DNA from: Sphaeroforma arctica JP610
Taxonomy: Eukaryota
DNA: 35,979 nucleotides
Direction of reading: 5' to 3'
NCBI RefSeq assembly: GCF_001186125.1
Contig: NW_014040468.1
Span: forward strand, 125,146-161,124
The notes under the pieces were generated by a model, which saw only the letters and a program-made list of their open reading frames with translations, was not told the origin of the DNA and did no database searches. The translations under genes and the position numbers were made by a program. Positions 1 through 12,184 of this stretch are shown in pieces. Position 1 is the stretch's first letter; every line of letters begins with the position of its first letter.

Positions 1-137
1 TATTGCTCAGGAACACACTCATTCATACTAATTTTGGGTTGAAACGCATCATAAACCCTTAAGCCGATGGACTTGTCTTTTATGTATACTAGGAGGAATG
101 CATATTCGATAGTTGCATCCGCTTGCAGTTGAAAATC

Positions 138-3100
138 ATGTCTACGTACTCATTGTGATATGAATTTTTGCGAACGTCCTCCTTGCTTCCACAGATACCG
201 GACACTATACTCCTTCACTTCCTTGGAAGACTTCATATTCTTTCGAATGCACACTCAACATTTCTCTCACTCAGGCCACTGGCGGTGCTTGCCCCCACTT
301 TGAAGGGCATGCAAAAACCAAAAAGACCAAGCTTCGATCTGACCGAAGCCGAGATGAGCGCTGTTCAGCGACGCAGCTCGACAGCCCAATTCTACAACAA
401 CAGTATCCCATCGGAATCAAGCGCAGTCTCCGTCGATGTATGTGTTCATGCTGCCACCTGTACGTGTGTATATTCCTGCAACCAGTTGTGTGGTGTTGTG
501 TGTTTGTGCTCTGAAACGGCCGGCAGAAGCACTCGTCGGCGCACGTCTTGACTGCGATATGTTGACCCCGCGTTCCGTCGACTGACAACTCATATCACAC
601 ATCGCTGCATTGCACACAGGTGCTACTTCGAGCCAACGACGAAAAGCCAGCCGACGTGCTTGAGCCGGTAGCACAGAGAGAGCTTACCCATGCCGAGATG
701 GTACAGTTGCCGATGCACTTTTCACTGTGAAACCACGCGTGGCGTTTGTCCCAATGTATCTGTGGGTGAGAATCACAGCCCCAAATCGTATGCAATGGGT
801 CAGTTCTTAAGGCACACATCGAATTCAGATTCGATCGAACCCACGATCTTAATCGAGAAAACACTTCTTTTTGGTACAACTTACAAGTAAAAGGCTCGAT
901 TGGGAGGGTCGTTTCCAACTAACACGCTGATACTGACCTGTACGCAACTTAAATCTCAACCGATGGCAGCTGGAAGACCTACACACCTGTGTTCATGCGC
1001 TGGTACAGCGACCCTCTGGCGAAGGGGACGCGGCATTTTCTATGGAGAGTATGCTCAAGTATCTCGCGGACGTGTATATGAGCAGCCCGGAACATCCTGA
1101 CCGGGTGAGTGCGGGCATCTTCACAAGAAGTGCTCGATATTATATATTGTCGCTTTGAGTACGCGCCCAGCTTTGTCTTGTTTCGTAACACTCAACTCCG
1201 TCTTGCTGTGTCTGGGAAGAAACGATACACAGCAATATCATATATCAATCCTAGCGTTGCATGTTGGCGTATTGATAGGTGCATATACTTGTCTCACTGT
1301 GCGGTTTAACCTGTTGTCACAGATTTCAAGCTCGGAGATTGTCAAAATCCTTGAGGAGGAGCGTGCAATTGCCTTGCGGGCACCTCCGCCCAAAACTAAG
1401 TTCACCGTGCGCAGTAAGTGTATGCGATTTATAAATACGAAACACGCTGCTGAGGATTAGTTTAGCGAGTCTACTGTGTTCGAAAAGCGCGAGATATGAC
1501 TCATCGTATTTTTCTCATGAGCTAGATCTACAGAATCGGTTTTAAGGGTGGTTGTTGTAGAGATGTAGTACAATCAATCATATTGCTTACGACAAACCTA
1601 CCTCTTCCGTTGCAGTCAAGAGAGCCCTCGGTCTTCTAGCCAAAGACTCTTCAGGTATAGTGGTGCTGCAGGACTTGCTCCTTGCCTATAGAGTTGCAGT
1701 ATTTACTTCTTGTTTATGATGTTATAAGATTTGTTTCTTGTTCAAATTGGACCCAAAGTTGAATCCGAATTATCTGTGTGCTTTGCATGTATTGTTCTTG
1801 CTGTCGCCGCTCTAGCGATATATTGTCTGCCTAGTACAAGGTACAATATACTCAATATCCATGCGCCCCTGATTTATTTCGAACTGTCCCTATGAGTGTA
1901 CGTAGTCATATTATATCGCGCATGAATGTCTACCAACTCTCACACTCGTACAACATATGCACTCATTCGTAACCTCAAGCATGTAGCTACGTATCATCGT
2001 CGATGAATACGTCTCTCATTTATCTGTGAATCCATCACCGAGGTGGTCGCTCAAGCGCGAAGCAAGAGATGTTCCATCTGAAAGGCCCTTTTGTCTACCA
2101 AGTATAGGAACACTTTAGGGGGGGGGTCTGAGATCGAGATGCGCACACAGAAACACAAGTGTACTTGTTGCACTCGTATTTATAAACCATCATTTCTACG
2201 TTACAGGAACGAGTGATCCATACTGCACCGTCGGTATCATTCCACTCGGCACTAAGAAGCTCACCAAGTACGGGCCTCTGCACTTCCAGAAAACAAAGAC
2301 TATCTACAAGGACCTGAACCCGGTCTGGGATGAAGATCTCATCTTGTAAGTACTTACAGTGCAATCGTCTCAGTGCCTATTCGTGACACCCTGTAAGCAA
2401 TAGTATCGGCCGTCCCATTCACGGTACCGTAGTTTCGTTTTTGATACAGAAAATCGGGATGCATGTTATAAATGCAGGGACTTAGCCTGCGGGCACCTGC
2501 TGGATCTGCTAATGTTGTGTGGATGCAATTTTCACCAGTCGGTAGTACATGCGTGTGTATTGTGACACCCACATCAACGTATGCGTGTGAAGGTAGGAGG
2601 TATTCACTAAATAGGCCAGCTCGTTCCTCATAATTATAACAGTGCAAGTAGTTCTCAAACGGTGTGTCCATCGTCGCCTGTATTCTGCGCGCGCTCGCGC
2701 GCGCGAGCTTGCAAGCAGAGTGCCTCCCCCGTTTTTTCAGCACAACAACTGCAGTTACATCTGATGTATACATCACTGCATATTGATGTATTCATCACTG
2801 CATATTGATGTATACATCACTGCATATCTTTTAGCGAGGTCGACAATGTCTGGGGTTCCAAGCTTCTGATTGATTGCTTTGATGAAGATGAGGCTCTACT
2901 TGGCAGAAGCGCCACAGAGCCTGGCGGCGACGACTTCCTTGGAAGGATTGTGATACCGCTAAGCACGATCGGCATGGAATTCGCACAGACTATCGAGTAA
3001 GTATGGGGTTCAAATACCTATAGAACAAGCAAAGGATTCAAATATCTATAGAGTATGTAGGGGATTTGAATACCAGAATGGGATCCAGATATCTAACGAG

Positions 3101-6100
3101 TAGGTATTGGGATCTATATATCTATGGAGTACGTATGTGACATAAGAGTTTATGCGACATTCTGCACTGTGCATCCTTGTGTAACAATCTTCACATGGTG
3201 GCGAATAAGACGCGCGAGCTCCCTTCCAGATACGTTGCACGTATGACATGATACACAATGGACACACATATCGCCCACATGCCTATCATTCTTCACGCGA
3301 CACTCGCCACGGGCACCCTGTCACCATTGCTCATCCAGCTCTTACATACTGCATTGGACCTTCCGTATACCACCTAGTCTCTACAGACAAATCGGTCGAG
3401 TACTCGATACTATACAAAGCGCTCACCCACTGCACCCCTCCATACATACACAGAGTTTCCTCCCGGTCGCGCCGATCGAATGTGACCGGCGCCATTGAAC
3501 TAGCGGTCACCGCCAGCCCTATCATTGCAGACGATGTGCGTGCCGAGAAAACGGTCAAGAACAGTCACCTCAACGCGCAATTCAGCCAGATCCACGCTGA
3601 ATGCATCGCGCACGACGGCGCGAAAGCCAGCGCGCAGATGTCAGAGCTTATGCGCTGCCTGGTGATGACTAACTGCCTGAATCCAGTCGTCGCTAACAAA
3701 TGGTATGGGCCGGACTGGTATTTGTGACACGGTGTCGTAGATTGTGGTTTGGTATAAGGTGGCTTGGTATAGGTTTGGCTGGTATAGTCAGTGATATGTG
3801 CTTACTGTAGTTGGTTATGGTATGGAATGGTATGGTATGATATGATATGGTACGGTATGGTATGGTATGGCATAGTGTGGGATGGTATGGGTTGGTATAG
3901 TTCGGTACAGAATAATATCTTTTGTTTAGTTGGGGTTGGAATGGGTGGATACCGTTTGGGATGTTTTTGTATGGTTTGGTATGGTATGGATTGGTATAGG
4001 TCAATGCAGAATGTAATCTTTGGTTTAGTTGGGGCTGGTATGGTTGGGTGCCGTATGGTTTGCTTTTGTATGGTATGGTACAGTACCATTTGGTATAGTT
4101 CAGTACAGAATGTTCTCTTTTGTTTTGTTGGGGCTGGTATGGTTGGGTACCGTATTGTTTTTTTCATATGGTTTGGTGTAGTATAGGTTAGTATAATTCG
4201 GTACAATATCTTCTACGTTGGTATGCAGCTAGATGGTGTGGTGAGGTACTACATGATCGCACAAGCGGTAGCTACACTACAGGCGCACGGTATCAGACGT
4301 CCTTGTTTCCAGGACATATGGGGGCTGATCTATTTCTCATACTCTGACCCTGTGATCGGGTACAACACGGCTTTCAAATCCCTTCCCTCGCTTGTTCGCT
4401 GTGGTGTGCTCATGCCTCGCCTTGATTGTACGCAGCAAGTTTACCAACCAAGTGTCGCAGCTGTGGCGCACTAACACCACCGATGTCGTGACCATGGCAA
4501 ACACTATCGAAGGAGTGGCGACGGAGGGCGATTTCAAGAACCTTTCAAAAAGTGAAGTAAGACATTGCTACACGTGGCATCTGAGTTGCCTCGTGCTAGT
4601 CGCGCCTGTCCCTCTCCCACACTCGGATGTGTGTTCGGACTGTCACGGTCACTTGTTTGCAGTACTTTTGATTCTGGTGTACAAGCCACCCACCGCATCG
4701 GTCTGATCTAACTATGCGCATTGTTCAATGATAGTATCCGTAAAGCAAATGTGTGCCTGAGTTTTATGCACGGTAACGTGTTCTGAAATGATTTTCGGTC
4801 GTTCGATCGCACTGCAGGCGGAAGAGCTCTATCAAGCGCTGGCGAAGATACACAGCTACTTCTGCTGGATGCTTGTTCGCTTCAATGACAAGTTTCCGTT
4901 CTCGGAGAAGGGTGAGTTGGGGCTTTGATGGCAGGTTCTTGCACCTTGTTTGCAGTAGGTATTCTTCATTGACGACTACGTCCGTGTTTCACAAGCACTC
5001 ACTACCAACGATAAACCTCTCTTTGCTCTGGACTTTCTCAATTGCCATGTCTGAGCAAAATCAGAGAGTCTCACTATAACTATATATTCTTCATATTCTT
5101 GGTCGCCATTTAGATTCCGATAACCGACTATTTGACTGGGGTGATGTACTGGGCCTTGCTATGATCGTGCCTGGGTTCACTCAGAAGTTTCCCTCGATCC
5201 TGCCGTTGAACGAAGTGGCAGCCTTGTGCATTGAGGTGAGTCATGCTTGCAGTTACTGACATGACAGCAACCATAACAATACGGTATCATACGTCTGATT
5301 GTACTCGAGGAATATGTGAGTCATATGCGTCGGTTTAGCCATTATGAGCACCCAATCAACCAACGAAGGATTCATTTACGCAGACACGTGACACCTAAAT
5401 ACGTGGCATCCAACCGGATATAAAGGATAGTATACTGTAGGGCTACTCTCACCTGCTCACCCACATGCCAACCATCACATGTGTTCAGCAAAACGCGGTC
5501 AGGTGCGTGAACCTAGCGAAAGAGTCGGCCGCCGAGGCCTGCGAAAACGAGGCGGTTTCACGGCTGGTGTATAGGTTCAACATTCACCTCCGTACTCTCG
5601 ATGCCGCGCGTGCCAAACCAAGTGCGCCTCTGAGGTGTGTGTTGTGCTAGGCGCTGCATAGTCCTTAACGGTTTGTTTGCGTATGCCATCGCCAAGATTT
5701 GTATGTCTTAGTAGAAGACAGATTTGCGGTCATTTATAGCACCAGCGCCACCCTGTAGTTGTGGTGCCCTTCCCCTTTTTTAAGTCATCTCGAGACGCGC
5801 TTGTATGTGACCATTCGCGCGTGATCCAACCACGAGAGGATTTCAGCAGCGTATCGTATGTAGCTTACCATACATAGGATTTTCGTAGCGTATCACTCGG
5901 GTGTAGATGTGCAGTTGTCTTCGTCTCTGCTGTGCAATCCGATGTAACCTACAGAGCATTCATAGCCCTCTCGCTCTTCTCGCCGCACAGGGAAATGGGG
6001 GTGAGGTATCTGACCACACACACGCGGACCTATTTACAAGTGCTTCTCGAAGAACTCGATGATACCATCAATGGAGTTCTGCACGAGCCGGAATACGGCG

Positions 6101-9100
6101 AGATGAATCCGTACATCTTCCAACTCTACTTTCAATGCAAGCGCTTCGTGACTGAATACGTCTCGAAACTCATACCAGCCAGGTGGTTGCACGGCCCTTG
6201 TTTTTATATACCAACACAATTGGGGTGTTATCGGTCGGAGGAGTTCACTATATTTGCGACGAACTGGGTGGAATCGAAACACAAGTATTATTTATAGAGG
6301 TTACTCAAATACAACAGCATAGTTTGTAGGCTTTTGGTCTTTCGAGTTTAATCGATCGAGCGATTTCCACGTAGCTGAACCAAATATTCTTTGTGGTTTT
6401 CACGGCACAAACTGGTCTCGAACTCTGCGGTCCCATACTTGCCTTCTCTCCCGCAAGACCTGATTTCGAAGCACATTGTTTTAGATTAGCATACAGCCGT
6501 ATATGTTCATGTAGTGTGCTTTGCGAACTGACATAGTCGCTGGATGGGAACAAGAAGGGAATTCATACTCTGCTATGACACACACGACTGCGTATGCAAG
6601 GTTCCCGTTGAGTATGCATCTACAGTCATTGACAAACAATGCCTTTGGATTCACACAGCGAATGGAAACCTCTAAAGAACTATGAGCAGAAGTTCACGCG
6701 ATTTGTTGTCGAGTGGTTAAACGTTACTCGACGCTTGGCCGCAAACTGGATACACATGGCCATCCAGGTCGACGATACGGTAAGCGCATCTGTCTGCTAT
6801 CGAATAACTACCAATCGAAAAATCAGAATAGAAAAACTACCAATCGAAAAACTAAAATAGAAATATTACCAATCAAAAAACTAGAATAGAAAATCTACCA
6901 ATTGGAAAGCTAAAGTAGATATACAACCAATTGAAAACTAGAATAGAAAATTCACCAATCGAAAAGCTAGAATAGATTTTTTTTCAATCCATGGTACTCG
7001 AGGGGCGATATTTGCCGCTGGGTGGATCCCTCAGTCGATATTTCGCATCGCAAACCCTGATGTATATTGCACCGGCTCATTCTGTGAATGTGATGTGACG
7101 TGTAGCATTTCGGTACACTTCTGAACGGGTAAGGGCTCTGTGTTCTTGGCTGCTCATTTACTGCCTTCTCAACTATCAACAGGCTGTATCGGATGTGCTT
7201 TACTCCTCCTCTGTCATTGATGTCTTCGCTTGCTTCTCGCAAGCGCTTGATTTCATTGTTAAACTGGAATGGGAGGACCCGAGCACGAACCTAGCGTTCG
7301 TAACCATGTTCTTCGAGGTTAGTTTTAAGTGGTACTTCAGCCCTAAATATTCGTGTGATTTGCGCTTCTGATCTTGTCCTGTTCTCTCATTCTCTTCCCT
7401 GATACTCTGGGGTCGTTCGGGTTCTGATTACTTTCTGGTATATTTCATATCCAAACCGAGCGCAGATGGTCTGTGAAGGCTTGACAGTCTATGCCCAGAA
7501 AGTGCGGATAAAGTTCGAAGAGCAGGCACATGCGGAAACAGACTTTGTTACCATTGAGGTGAGGATTGGCTCGTGTGTTCAGTGACAAACATTATGCAAG
7601 TTAGGCCATAGCCTCTTAAATTCAACAGGCCATGATTCGGCGAATGAAAGTGGGGCGTGGTGTTCATAATTCTGGAACTTAATTCGGGTCCTTTTACTTT
7701 CACATTGCAGCACTGCATACACTTAAATAATCTGGACATAGCTGTGGAGAAGATGAGGGCCACGTTTGAGGCGATAGACCAGCAGAGTATGGTGGAGAAA
7801 ATAAAGAAAAGGTATGCATTGCTGCGTCGTACGGCACAGACTTGTTGAGAAATCAGATTTTGATTTTGTTCTCGTTCTACCAGCACAGTCACAGAAACTA
7901 GCTTCGTGTAATGTTTGTCTCTGCGTCGAATATTTTGTGGGGATGATCCTTGCATTCGTTTCGGATCCGTTCAGCTCTGCCCTACTTCACCTTGATATTC
8001 AATCGAAAATAAACCCACCACAGTGAGGACTCGCATTTCAAGTCCCCGCTGGTGGTCTTCTTCGAAGAGCAAGCCATTTTTGTGCGAGAACAGCTATACT
8101 TCTGTTTGGACTTCTTAGCAAAAAAGGTACGAACCAGCGAGTTCGGATTCCGCACAACTTTCTACTTGTTTATTCACCAGACTATTGGCATGCTTGTATT
8201 AGGAGGTTTTGATTTGGTATGGTATGTCTACTCAAGTGTATCGTATTGCATCCATCAGATCGAACCTCTGATTGTGAAGTTCATGCAACGGCTGGTTGGC
8301 GTTGAAAAGAAACCAGTGCTCAAAGTCCTGGAGAACTTCTTCGTCGGTGATCTGCTGGAAGACGATGAGGATGCTTCGCTCGAGCTGTTGAAGAAGACCA
8401 TGGTAGGTAGCAGAAGTCGTGGTGACTTAAGAAGTACGAACACACATCAGTACTGTATTGGGCGCCTCTTGTAAACTGTTGTGGTGTTCAATGACCACTC
8501 TAGCCTATGAGAGATAGTGAGATGGTCCTAGTTCAGTAGCCTTATACTAACTACTACCTTAGTCGTACAGTCTAGTTCACCACATGTGACTGCATTCGGG
8601 GTGTGTGGTCCTATCAGTGGTTACTAGCTTCACATCGCCTCACATGGATATACAATTTCAATGTCCACCACAGGAGAAGATCGATTCAAAGACTGTCATC
8701 ACAGAAGATTTAGTGTTCCAAATGATGCTGGATCTAACGGAGTTTCTGGACCTAATTCTCGGAGTATGTGTCATGTGTATTTGGATTTATCCGATTGTTC
8801 CAAGAACTATTAATAGTTTACTGCCGATCAACCTCGCAGTTCAATGTCAATTGCCTTGACAGTGCGGCTAAATCAACAGTTTGCTCACCTGCCCCTCACC
8901 TTCAGACGCTGAATGAATACCTGATTACCCACGATCTGTTCATCAACATCTTGGAGAGGCTTTGGAGCAACACGGTGAATGCTATGTGGACAGTGATCAA
9001 GGTAAGGCTGATCACTCAGACTACACGCACAGTACTGTTATTGCCAAGTATCACTCGTCTCGTACTTAGACATGTACTATTTGCGTTGTTTGTACTTAAA

Positions 9101-12045
9101 ATGCGAACGTCCATACCCAACCTGTGGATTGGCCGTGCCAAGTTCTATAGTACTGCATCTCTCTGCTTGCCACGTTTAAATGCGGCATCAAGTATCGCTA
9201 GCGTAACCATTCTACACTGTAAATACATCCCCCAGCCCAAGAGCAATCGATATCCGCTGAACGAGCAGAAGTCGAAGATCCTGGCACATGCACTGAACAT
9301 TCTCCGCAACTACTTCCACGCCGGTGGCGAGGGTGTCAAGAACGACAAGATCGACATCGAAGAGTTTATAAAGCTGAAGGAAATCTTAGGGTGTGTATAT
9401 GTATGGGAGTTTGAACCAGGGCACCTAATATGTAGGTGAACATCAGGCCATTCACTTCTGAATACTTTTTTCTACCAGTAAGCATAACTATGTACGGGAC
9501 CGCCTGTCCAATGACTAGTGAGATCTGATAGCGAGTATTGGTTCACGATTCAGGTTTGTGCCTCTGCCCACCAGCGAGCTCGTAGGCCGGTACTATCGGG
9601 ACCAAGAAAAAATGCAGGCTAAGGTGAGGACTATTTAAAAAATGCCTAAGATTTTGCAATGGAAATATGTACAGTATCATGGGGTGCCACTCGTGCTGAA
9701 GAGTGCTGGCGGTTCACGACAAGCCGTGCCTGTCTTTATTTGGAAGCATGTCTATGCGTCAAAACTCACCATCAAGGCTTATCGCAATGCATACAGGCGA
9801 ATAATATAGTAGAGAATGACACTGACCTGGCGGAGCTGCCAGAAGAGGATCTCGGTAAATTTGAAGCAGAGATCACGTACGATCCCGAAACAGGTGTGTG
9901 GATTTGGGGCCTAAAGCAGGCATACTCATATCACTGGCAAAACAAAATTCTGTCATAATATTTTCGAGTATGTGAATGAGACCCGAGAATGGGAATATGG
10001 GCTCATATGCACCCGATTAATACATCATTGTAGGCCTGGTGAAGGTGCTGCTGGTCTGCTGCTATGGACTGCCAGCCATGGACGATACAGGACTATCGGA
10101 CCCATATGTAATGATGAGTGTGCTGCCTGTGAAAGCCCGGAGTAAAAAGCAGAAATCCGCCGTCAAATACGAAACCCTGAACCCAGTGTTCGATCAGATG
10201 ATGGAAACGTATGCAATCTGCGTCCACTGCAAATCACCAAGTGTTCCGCCCCATGTTGCACTCTAGACTGGGTGCTTGTGGTGTATCCCATGTAGCGTGA
10301 GATTCAGAGATGATTGGGGGTGTTAGGATTTGCTCGTACTACTATTCGATGTTGCATGTTGAGCATCGGACCGGCACAAAAACTTTGTCGTCTGCGTCTA
10401 ATTGGCTGTGCTCGATAAATCACACACAGGTACGTCGATGCCACTGTGGAAGGCGAGAGTCTGAAATTCGATTTCTATGACTACGACTACATCGGAGGTG
10501 ATGATTACATGGGCGAGGTGGTCATTCCAATCTCGTATGTCTCTTGGGGGTGCGCGATCGTCTGATTGGTTTGATTCTGACGCCTCTGGATAGGTTAGGC
10601 ACCTGCGCTAGGGAAGTGAACTATGCATTGTAAGCGCCGGCTGACGATATGCACACAACACCCTACCTAGACCCACGTATAAACTCTTAAACCCTACTTT
10701 TATTGTTATTATTCAGATCCCTGCCTAAGAACAAACCGTACCGTAATGTCTGGCAGCTTGCGGCCAGAGCCGTTGGGACGAATAATCTGCAGAGGTACGG
10801 CAAGTCCGAGATATCGTTAATACACAGAAGAAACTTCAGATCAGTCGATATCAACTTACACAACGCCACGGGTCTCTTACCAATGGATAGAACAGGTACA
10901 GTTGAACTCAAATCACAATGTGAATGGCTGCTTATTCTGGTTGTTGTTTGATGAACTCAAATCACAATGTAAATGACAGGCTATTGCTTGTTCAATCGTA
11001 TGTGAATGTATCTATGAAGCCTCATAGCGGATGTGCGATATGTGTATGTACTCTCCAAGACAACCCGTTCTCTACTAGCATGTCAAATGGTTCATAGACA
11101 CTGAAGACTGTACCGCACACTTTGCAAAGGCATTATCTCACTGGATTCACCAGAGATAACCAAACTACAGATATCTCAGTGTGTATAAGCTTGTGGTCCA
11201 TAAAAGTACTAAAGCTGCTTGACTTGCTTTCAGGATTGACCGATTGTTACGTAACTGCGAGGATACTACCGGACTGTCGCCAGGACAAGGAGCATGGTGC
11301 CTACAAGTCCAAGACTGTGATGGAAACTCTCAACCCGGTGTTTGAGGAGCCTTTTACCATGTAAGTGTTCAGCGCAGGTATCCACTGCAGTCTCAAATCT
11401 CAGCGATGCTATTTCTATTTCTTGTGCAAACATAAAGTGGAAACAGACGGAACGAGCACTTATGAGAAGTGCTTCAATCCGTTGTGCCCGGCGGGTGTAT
11501 GAGCTCACTTATCCGTGTCGTCCAACTTTCTACTTGCAGTAAATACAAACGATCCGACGCGCAAATGGAACCGGTCATGCTACAATTGCAATTCTGGGAT
11601 TACGATCAATTTGAGTCGGACGAATACATCGCTGAAGTACTGATCGATATAAAGTAAGTCACTTCCACATTCTGCATCTCTGTTTGCAAAGGCATGCCAT
11701 CAGATATCAATTTTATCGCCACCAACCAGACCAGGTCTTACTGTGCTGGTCGTGGCCAGTAGTTGCCCTACACAAGAATAGCAAGGGTTTGTGATATAGG
11801 GATTCCGTATCGGCTGACACCCAATCGTTTTCGTTTGCAGGCGCTTATCAGAGGTCCTCCTTCGACAAGAGTTCGGACTGTCCCGCGCCGGAGCTTCAAT
11901 TTCGTCCAAATACATATACTATATCTTAAACGACCGAGCCCAGAACCTGATGCCCAAGTTCTTTATGGGCAGGAAAGACTACGCAGCGAAAGCCTTTATA
12001 GCCGAGGTTGCGCCGAATCTAGGCGATGAATTCGAATCCCTCTAG
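138..12045 (+). CDS. Munc13-4/BAIAP3 (UNC13D)-like Ca2+-dependent vesicle priming protein, C2-MUN(MHD1/MHD2)-C2-C2, ~1283 aa, ~31 exons
   Basis: Phase-consistent GT-AG exon chain: 138-145 (putative ATG exon), 275-437, 620-700, 970-1104, 1323-1413, 1616-1654, 2207-2345, 2835-2996, 3454-3702, 4436-4556, 4818-4911, 5114-5235, 5489-5634, 5991-6182, 6659-6779, 7183-7317, 7466-7558, 7711-7811, 8024-8126, 8259-8402, 8674-8763, 8906-9001, 9236-9390, 9554-9623, 9797-9893, 10034-10208, 10430-10534, 10717-10895, 11234-11360, 11540-11653, 11841-12045 (TAG); 3852 nt in total, no internal stop. Motifs: C2A LLAKDSSGTSDPY...KDLNPVWDE...DCFDED...DDFLG; MHD1 FVVEWL..WIHMAIQVD..YSSSVIDVF..KLEWEDP; MHD2 LRNYFHAGGEG; C2B PAMDDTGLSDPYV..TLNPVFD..FYDYDYIGGDDYMG; C2C LPMDRTGLTDCYV..TLNPVFEE..FWDYDQFESDEYIA; tail ILNDRAQ..KDYAAKAFI. 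The start codon is less certain (an acceptor AG at 127-128 allows upstream exons). Confidence 0.9.
2762..2827. repeat. 22-bp tandem repeat x3 containing the palindrome TGATGTATACATCA
   Basis: Unit TGATGTAT(A/T)CATCACTGCATAT repeated about 3 times, ending just before the acceptor AG at 2833-2834. Confidence 0.85.
3740..4210. repeat. (TATGG)n-type pentamer tract plus a 99-bp higher-order tandem repeat (~2.7 copies), intronic
   Basis: TATGG runs at 3816-3890. The anchor TGGTATAG(T/G)TC....CAGAAT recurs at ~3893, 3992 and 4091 (period 99), each followed by GTTGGGG(C/T)TGG.ATGG.TGG.T.CCGT. Confidence 0.85.
6804..6976. repeat. 29-bp A-rich minisatellite x6, intronic
   Basis: CCAAT anchors at 6811, 6840, 6869, 6898, 6927, 6955; consensus approximately CCAATCGAAAAACTAGAATAGAAAAACTA. 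Confidence 0.9.
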
Positions 12046-12184
12046 ACTCGTAGAAAAGAAATCTCGATATCAAATAAATACTGGCTGTGCACTGTGCTCA
12101 AGCGCGATAGGTAATCGACGACTGTCAATGGACTTGAAGGCTTGATAGCACATACTCCTTCTGTATGCAGTTGTTTGAGGTCTA

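Noticed and set aside
91..140. AGGAGG Shine-Dalgarno-like site
   Set aside because: Spliced eukaryotic locus; chance hexamer.
3693..4206. W/Y/G/M-rich and P/Y/H/T-rich ORFs
   Set aside because: Translations of the TATGG/99-bp intronic repeat.
10902..10975. Short direct duplication TGAACTCAAATCACAATGT (also a ~48-bp duplication at 14701-14781)
   Set aside because: Two-copy local intronic slippage with no TE hallmarks; nothing further supportable.
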